64,000 bases of DNA from Hyphochytrium catenoides (Eukaryota > Protista > Hyphochytriomycota). The stretch lies in assembly GCA_900088475.1 (NCBI GenBank), contig FLMG01001436.1, positions 1 through 64,000 on the forward strand, in the 5' to 3' direction. The position numbers and the translations under genes were made by a program. The stretch's first letter is position 1, and each line of letters begins with the position of its first letter. A model generated the notes under the pieces. The model searched no databases, was not told where the DNA came from, and worked only from the letters and a program-made list of their open reading frames with translations. Below are positions 56,598 to 64,000 of the stretch, one piece after another.

Positions 56598-56937
56598 CCT
56601 GGCCTATCCTTACGGCCAAGAACACCTCAGACCAAGCTCTCTTTTATCTCCTACCGACGATGCCTCGTAAGAAGAACCTGAATAGGCTCTCTCGCCAAAG
56701 TGCTCGCTAGTCGGCCGCGCTGTCCGGCCAACAATGATCTTCAGATGGGCGAAGGCTCGCGGTCCGATGAGCTTTGATCGCCGGTCGTCGCGCAATGTCA
56801 GCATTTGTCAAGTGCGTGGTAGTAGTGCGATGGCGTTTGTTCTTGTGAATAGGCTGTAGCCTTGTTTGTAACGTCCTAGTCGTCAGCTTGATTTATAATC
56901 GCTGCCGTTTGATTATCATCACGTGGTGGTGATGGAT

Positions 56938-56949
56938 TTTCCCGCCAAA
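56938..56949 (+). promoter_or_regulatory. E2F/DP-type binding site TTTCCCGCCAAA
   Basis: Exact TTTSSCGC consensus about 260 bp upstream of the MCMBP start. A weaker CTCCCGCC copy follows at about 56960, and CACGTG lies at 56920-56925. Confidence 0.6.
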
Positions 56950-57206
56950 GTCTAGAGAACTCCCGCCATCTACACTTTGGAGTTGCCGCTTCCTGTCCGC
57001 TCTGTCCTTGGTTCTCATACAGACTTGAAAGGACGATGATCTCTGGAGAGTAAGATGATCTCTCTGTGGGTCAGACATCTGGATAGAAAGAGCGAATTGA
57101 TGAAGAAGGGTTTCCCTCTGGTAGTCTCACAAGTCGTCTCTGGAAAGAGAGATCACCTATAGAAGTCGCGGTGTTTGAAGTCAAAGAGGCGGATCTTCCA
57201 AGCATC

Positions 57207-60200
57207 ATGGAAGCTTTCCCTGCGGTTGCGATCGAGGATGTAGTGCGTGAACCCATACGCCAGGTCTTTAAAATGTTTGACGCCACCTGTGTTAAACATG
57301 GTGGCAGTCTTCCTGAACAGGGGCCGGAAGCTAGTTGGGGTGTCCCAGATTACTTCATGGCCCTTTTAAGAGATGAGCAAGCGATACGAAAGGTCAGGAT
57401 CGTTCAGCGTATCTCTGGGCTAATTATGCCTAGCATGCTAATACGCTCTTGGGCAGATCCCATTGTTCACAAAGGACAAGTTCTCAAAGGGCGAGCTGAG
57501 AGTAGGTTCACTTGTCCGGTATCGCGGGATGGTCCAGGACATGTTTGATCCGGAATACTTTGCAGGCATATATGTTGCTGAACACCGGCAGACAGGTATA
57601 CATCCCTTAGGCAGCTTTGACTTCAGGGTGATATCGAAGGGGAGAGAAATATAATCAGAGAGAAAGAGGTAGAGCATGGAGATAGGGAAAGGTAACTGAA
57701 GAACTTATTGTGGGAATAGCATTGGCATTGTTGGCTTATCGTTTGTGAGGCAAGGTCACGGGAGCATAAAGAGGTTAACTTATTTGCTAGACTTCTTTTC
57801 TCTCCGGAACTGACATAAGAGTGCTGAAGGTGACCGTCTTCTGATGACTGGCAAGTATCAGGATGAACCTGTTGACAACGAGAATCTCAGACCAGTGACA
57901 GACTCGGCTGAGACAAAGACTATGGAAAGGCAGGGGCTGTACTGCATTCCCATACCGGGTGAAAATCCGTGGATGAGGGAGGCTGTTGACTACAATAGAC
58001 CTAGCATAGCCGCTAGTGCTAGCGGTAGGAGTGCTTTCCTTAGTATGAGGAGGCGATGTTACCCTGAATCATCCTATTCCCATCTCAGGACGCAGCTGCG
58101 TCGCCTCTATTTTCTTCTTTTCTCCCTCTAATCAAACTCTCTATACCTCATCTTATCGGCCAACATCAGAGGAAACGGTTCCTCCTTCTCACCTTTTATA
58201 CAGAGGCAGGCAAAGGAGCCAAACGGAAGTTCTCGGAGTCAGAGACGATGCATTTTGCCGGACCCCAATCGTCACAAGCGGGAATCGCAAAGAAAGTCAA
58301 TTCTGAAGCAAGCTCGTCGGAGCAGTATTGTAAGTATTTTGCTATCTTTCCAGCCCATGTGCAATGCAAGAGCTTGACTGTATCTGATTGCCCTCTAATT
58401 CAGCTGTTGCCCCTGTGAGTTCCTTCGATCTTGGACTTCCTTATGAAGATGAGACAGAAACTCCCTGCATCGTAATGGTAATGGTGTTTCAAGCTTGTAT
58501 CCATTGACAATTCTAGCTCGTTGTCGGTTACCGCATGGTCATTTCAGCAGCAATGGTTGTGGTATACTTCCTTCCCAAGCGTCTTCATCTTTCTTATCAG
58601 GCCCAGAGAGGGGACCAGGGTGTCGTAAATTGTCATCCTCGGCTGAAGTAGCCGCATGATCACGCCCTCTGCCATTGAAACACTCCTGAATTCGCAATTT
58701 TCTGCTTAGGTCTACGATGAATGGATGCAGACTGTGAAGCTCAACGAGGCAGTTGAGTTCTTGGGCATTCTGGCTGTGGAAAACGAACTTCCGGTGACTC
58801 CAGGCCAGTCCATCAACCAGGGTGGCTTGGTATTTCCTATGAGGGATATAGAAGAAGAGGCCGCTCATCATCCTCCACCACACCTCGTGGCGAGACTCCA
58901 CTGCCTTGGTCAGACGCAAGAAGCCCGCGACCCAAATCACTCACTATGCTGTCCCTTCCCCTCCAGTTTGCATCTCACCATTCAACCCTATCTCCTGTTT
59001 CACCGTAGCCTTGTTTCTCTTCTTTCCGTAGAGCTCTCGTCAGTAGCGCATTGTGTCGTGTGGCTATCGTTGCTCTACCAGTCCGTATTCTGCTCACCTT
59101 GGCTGCCATACCTCTGCACATGTTCACGCGCCTTTCCGTCTGGTTTCTGCTACTACCCGTCTTGACCTGGACCAACAGCGTTGAGAAGAATGGACCCTGT
59201 CGCCGAGTTGACCCTTCGAGACCCAGGAGAGTTTAGCTCGAACGAAACAAAGCTACAGCTTCTCAGGCAGTTTGGAGGACGGAACGTCTCCTCTGCCAGA
59301 GAGAGTCTCCTTTCCATTCTCCGCACGGTGGTAGGAGGTGTGATCAAGCCCAAATCTTCAACCCTTGTGACCTGGCCACATTGTTATCTCACTCTCTAGC
59401 ACCTCATACGCTATAAGTGGCAATTGGTTGCATTGTTCCGGTCCGCCTTTAATCTGCCTCTGTTAACTGCCGACGCGCCCTCTTTCTTATTAAATGTCTC
59501 TGCACTAACCAACACCTTTTGTTAGACAACCTTGTAGCGGAGTATCTGTTGCTGACATTAGTCTCTACACTGTATCTGAGGCGGGAGGAGCAAGTACTTG
59601 GGCCCCTTTGCCCTAACGTTAGCAACATCCCCGACATACAAACATTCAATTCCTGTCTTCTTGAGCTTCTCCGGATGATCCTTCCTCGGTGTTGTTCCAC
59701 AGATCTATCCCTTGAGTCACTCAACTCAAAACCTTTTTATCCTGTGAAGGTAAGAGGACTGACAACACTGCAGTATAAATTGACCGCGCCTCTGTCATAA
59801 ACGTAACTTCCTCGCTGGTCTTCCATTCTTTCGCCTGCCAGGACTATGCGAAAAACAGATTGCGGACTGGCAAGCTTCAAATATGCCCGGGGACTCCGCT
59901 CATCCTTAATGAAGCGGGAATAACATCGGGCCAGGTAGAGCCGCTAAGAAGTGTCCTCGCTTACAGGGTTCATTATTCTCTTGGCTTTCTTAGCGAAAGG
60001 AACCATTTCTCTTGCGCTTTTGACATCGGATCACCAGGTGAACGAAACAGGTCTCAGGAATATCCAAGCGTTGAGAGACCTTTGTAGTAACCAGAAGGTG
60101 GGCCCTATGCGCCTTTGGCCTTTCCGAAGCTTGTCTAGATCATCATTCTTTACTACCACTTTTCGTTTACTGATCTATGTGGCCTGTCTCCTCTTTGTGC

Positions 60201-61070
60201 GATGTCTTTTGTTAACGGAAGTTCTTACGTAATCAACTCACGTTCGTCCAGGTGGAATGTGACTTCACATACTTCCGCAAGCACTTTGAGGCGGATTCAC
60301 CAACCATTCTGCTTTCCTCTAGAAAGGTATGAAGAGGAAAATATGGTTCTTTTCTCAAATTGTGCATGCTAAAACCTCCACTAGTCTCTGATCCATTCAG
60401 ACTTGGAGGTCCCTCTATCCAGCTCCAGCTGTCCAACCGCCCCAGCACCTCTCTCTCCGGATATGCTTGCCTCCTTGCGCCTATACCTGTGCGTTATACG
60501 TTCTTACTCCTCTACGATTGGAGAAGATGTCTCAGCGGTAGCTCAGGAGTTCTTTGTACAGAGTAGGGCTCAGGACGCGACTCTCTCGGTAAGTAGCAGC
60601 AATTAATACTGTTCTGCGTGTCTAGACCCTACCCTATGGGTTAGTCCTGACGCCTCGTCGACTTGTGCCCCCCTATGTAAGTCGTGTCTTTGGCCCTTTC
60701 TGGTCCAATTTTTACGGTACTCATGGCTTTGATCCAATCTGTTTCTGGTCCTCCGTTCAAGTTGTCCAAAGTAGACACTATCTGCGCCATGTGAAGCCAT
60801 TGCCACTTGTCAATCTGTGACTACCGCTATTCTCAACCTCATCACGCTCCTCTCTACCGTTAGGGCGATGACCTCCATAGGTGGTTAACTCTAGCCCGCC
60901 TCTCTGCCATTTCTCACGGTGTCGAGACCGTTCAATTGTCTCACTGGACAGCTGTATTGGCTCTTGAAAGAGAGAGAAAAGCAAGAATATCAAGAATCAA
61001 CCAATCTACCTTTTCCCCACGCTCTCCTTCATCTGTAGCTGAACCAGTTATAACTAAGACCGACCTTTAG
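57207..61070 (+). CDS. MCMBP: Mini-chromosome maintenance complex-binding protein (MCM-BP/ETG1/Mcb1), multi-exon
   Basis: GSLVRYRGMVQDMFDPEYF, ERQGLYCIPIPGENPW, KLNEAVEFLGIL, PPPHLVARLHCL, G|DNLVAEYLLLTLVS, PVK|DYAKNRLRTGKLQ, Q|VNETGLRNIQAL, and last exon GDDLHRWLTLARLSAISHG...LERERKAR ending TAG at 61068-61070. Confidence 0.94.
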
Positions 61071-61215
61071 CTTATTCGTTCACACAGGAATGTATGATAT
61101 GATTGCTTTCACTCTCCTTTAACCCTTGTCCCATAAAGGTGCCCCTATCGACACATATGTGTTTCTGGACTTCAAATTCGCTCTTTCCCGACCCCATTGT
61201 CTTCACTTTCGCGGT

Positions 61216-63954
61216 TTATCTGGACCTAGTGTTGTCGTTTCTCAAGCCAGCGGCCGAAGTCTCCGTGTGAGGAGTCTCATCCTCTTCGCTCGGTTCCTCA
61301 ATCAAAGAGGACATCCTTGCCTGCCAGAGTTGTTAAGTTCCATGGTGGAGAGCAATGGAAGTTTAGAGTTCCACTACCTGTCCTGCTAACTGCTCCTTGG
61401 CCCGGACTTCCACATCTTGGTTGTCTTGTGGGTCTTGACATCTTTCCACGCCCTTTAATTTGAGCTGCTTACGTGGGCAAGAGATTTCCTTAGTTACCTT
61501 ACCTCGGGTAGGCCGTACGAGATCTACGTTTATTCTAGACTTCACTTTACCTTGTCCTGCTGTGCCTCCGGTTCTACCTCCTCTATCACGTTCTCCTTGC
61601 GAATTGTCCAACTTCCACCTCTAAAGAGCGGGGATGAGCTGCTAATGTCATAGCTTCCGCCTGTTACAAGATCTCATCAGGCCAAGCCTCAAGAGATGTA
61701 AGAGACTCCACCAAAAGTCAACATTAAGTAAATGGGGCGAAATAACGACCCAGAGACTAGTATACGACTCAAGAAGAGGGAGAAGTCAGTGTCCATCACC
61801 GTAAGAGCCATCCCGAGCTGTGAGGTAACGGTCGCTACCAGTGCCAAATGTACCTGTTCCAGGAAGGAAAAGGCCATTAGTGTCAAGATGAAGACATGAC
61901 AATTGAGAAGCTGCAAGAGAGGTGCCGGCAAATGCTTTCTACGTACTAAAAGTGAAGGATTCCCATTGGGAAACTTTGCTTGAGAGGGTATCTGAAGGCC
62001 TTGAACGCGGAGTACCTGCGGTACAGAGCCAGCACCATATGGATCGTATGGATTGAGACAGACAAAAGCATCGAAAGGCCGTTTCTAGAGTTTCTGTGCT
62101 TACCAGTGCCTGAGGACAATGTGCCAGCTGTCCACTCCTCCCTTGCAACACGGTCCTGCCATCGATTATCAGCAAAGCAAAGCATTTGCACAATGCCTCC
62201 ACTGGCCAGTTAAAGACCGAACTCTACACCATATAGGGGGTCCCTCTAACATATTCTAGCGGCTGATGGCCTCTTCTGAGCCGTGTTCCTTCCTCACCTC
62301 TCCTCCTAGTTCCGCCTGAGCTTTTTTAGCGTTCCTGCTAAGCAACTCTTCAATTCTCGCTGTCACCCGGTCCACTTTCTGACGAAACGAACTGTCGGCG
62401 TTCTTCAGCAGCCGGTGCAAATCGCTGTATATCCGGTTTGACCATGGCAGAGTAGCAAAGCGGGAACACCGGTTAAACGGATGAGGATAACGATGGTTAG
62501 ACGGATGAGGATAATGATGATGAGTGCTGTCGTGCTCAGAACTAAGGAGATGAGGACGGACACCCCTTAAGAAGTAACAGAGACAGTTGCTAGTATCTAA
62601 CGACCAATGGCATCGTTTGTATGGAAGAAAGAGAGGAAGGCTGTCGTTAGTGTAGGAGAGATGGGTACCATAGTACTGCCGGAACATCCCTTAGCATGTA
62701 ATTGCTCTCCAAGGCGCTTTTAAACTTCAGTAAACCCTCGTACGAAGTCTTGTTCCGATCCCAGTAGAGAGAGACAAGAGTGTTGTTGACCTGCGAATTC
62801 ATTAAGTCAATAACCTTATGTCCGTAGATGAAGCTACTATGGCAAGGTATCCAATACAGGGAGGCACTTAGGAGGCGACTAGAGGTTTTATCAAAGGAGT
62901 AATCAGTCAATGCAAGAGTCCAGCTCAGAATAGAAGTGGTAAGAGTGCCGAGAAGGCGACATCTAAGCGGGCCTCTTTTATCATCCTTGCTAGTGTACCA
63001 AGACATCAGCAGAACTAAATCAGGAGAGATGTTAAAGAGGGCCCCAGGTAGAACGAGAAGAGACAAATAATGTAAGTAGGGCCTTGTACCGGGATGACTT
63101 GCCCTAGGGCTTCTGCCAAAGCATCGCCTAGATTATTGCCCGTCAGGTCCAACAGCAGAAGAGAGGTGTTCGTGTGCAATGCCTAGGGTGGGGGTAGAGG
63201 GAATCGACTGAGAGCTAATCGACCACACGGGAGCATACACTTAACCGGTTTAGGAAAGGGCAGTGTTTGTCCCCATTAGGTTTCCTTCCCAAGTGAGGGT
63301 TAAGTGGGACCGGAGTGCACGCTTACTTGACAGGAGAAGTAGCAAGGACAAAACAGGCAAGGCCATTTTGGGCTCTGACCTGTACACTCTGAAGCGCAAA
63401 AGCGGGACTGAAAGGAGTGCCGTCAGAGCTAAGATAGAGATGTTTCAACGGTGGTCCCAGCCCAGTCACGGTGTTGATTGAACAAAGCTTCCGATAAAAT
63501 GCAGGCGAGGGCTCGCTGGGCCGCTACGTTTTTTGAAAAGGAAGTGGAAGCAGAGCATCGGGCGAGTATGAAGGACCAGAGCGATAGAAAATACTTAGTA
63601 GGAGTATAGGGGCCCCAAGTACGGCATCAATGTAGCTAAACAGGGAGGCTTGAGGTTGTCACCAAGAGCATCAACAAGTTAGGAAGCTAAAGAGGGACAT
63701 CCCGCCAATTGTTGGTTAGTCTCGAAGAAGCAGAGAGAGGATGGTTGCAGAGACTAAAAGGAGAAAGAGTACCGGCTAAGGATACGCACGGAAACGCCGG
63801 TCTGGCAACGAAAGGCTTCCTCCTTTCTTTTTACCTCCTTGAGCTCTTCTGTCTGCTGTAATGAATCTTCTATCTTTTTGACCACTCCAGATTCTTCATG
63901 CCCCTTCAGCAACTTGAACAGGGCAACGCCCGCCCCAGCCTCTGCCTTAGGGTC
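61216..63954 (-). CDS. 3' part of a CARMIL/LRRC16-like RI-type leucine-rich repeat protein (gene continues beyond the window)
   Basis: GT-AG-spliced exons read PLKHLYLSSDG...SVQ|ALHTNTSLLLLDLTGNNLGDALAEALGQVIP|VNNTLVSLYWDRNKTSYEGLLKFKSALESNYMLRDVPAVL|CDLHRLLKN...RIEELLSRN. This matches the last LRRs and C-cap of CARMIL as I recall them (...WDKN...EKNYTLR...KIENYLLRN). The inferred last exon ends TAA at 61216-61218. Confidence 0.78.
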
Positions 63955-64000
63955 CTAGGAGAGAGTATACGTCAGTGTCTCCAAATATTTCTGGCAGTTG

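Noticed and set aside
61640-61690. Hammerhead-like CTGATGA cores (minus strand here, also at 11781 and 31295)
   Set aside because: None has a stem II followed by GAAA or the required flanking helices.
61980-62213. Plus-strand ORF with WIVWIETDK, weakly like a DIRS/Ngaro RNase H
   Set aside because: It is antisense to intron and exon sequence of the CARMIL-like gene, needs frameshifts, and has no supporting motifs.
62800-62870. RNase H-like motif LYWIPCHSSFIYGHKVID in ORF 62647-63066, suggesting a retrotransposon
   Set aside because: It lies inside a GT-AG intron between two in-phase LRR exons of the CARMIL-like gene. No RT or endonuclease motifs are nearby, so it is most likely chance.

Overview
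A gene-dense, intron-rich stretch of a eukaryotic nuclear genome. It is probably a protist, and a stramenopile-like origin is only my inference from gene content. Every intron I could trace is GT-AG and the genetic code looks standard. In order, the window holds: the 3' part of an elongator tRNA-Met gene followed by a ~200-bp tandem duplication; PAN3 (-); SEC23 with an unusual Q/G/Y-rich N-terminal extension (-); TOR kinase of about 44 exons (-); a small disordered orphan (-); a Slo/BK-family K+ channel (+); a BT1 folate/biopterin transporter (-); a non-coding stretch with a 311-bp tandem duplication; PLAA/Doa1 (+); two divergent intronless genes, one a TM/coiled-coil protein resembling macoilin (-) and one a ZZ zinc finger-serpin fusion (+); a B-box/IQ/WW protein (-); MCMBP with a perfect E2F site upstream (+); and the 3' part of a CARMIL-like LRR gene (-). 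The best candidate for a new system is the intronless ZZ-serpin. It joins a p62-like ZZ domain that keeps the acidic N-degron-binding residues to a serpin with an inhibitory-type hinge and no signal peptide. Gene models were assembled by eye, and comparisons to known proteins are from memory rather than database searches. There are four N gaps.
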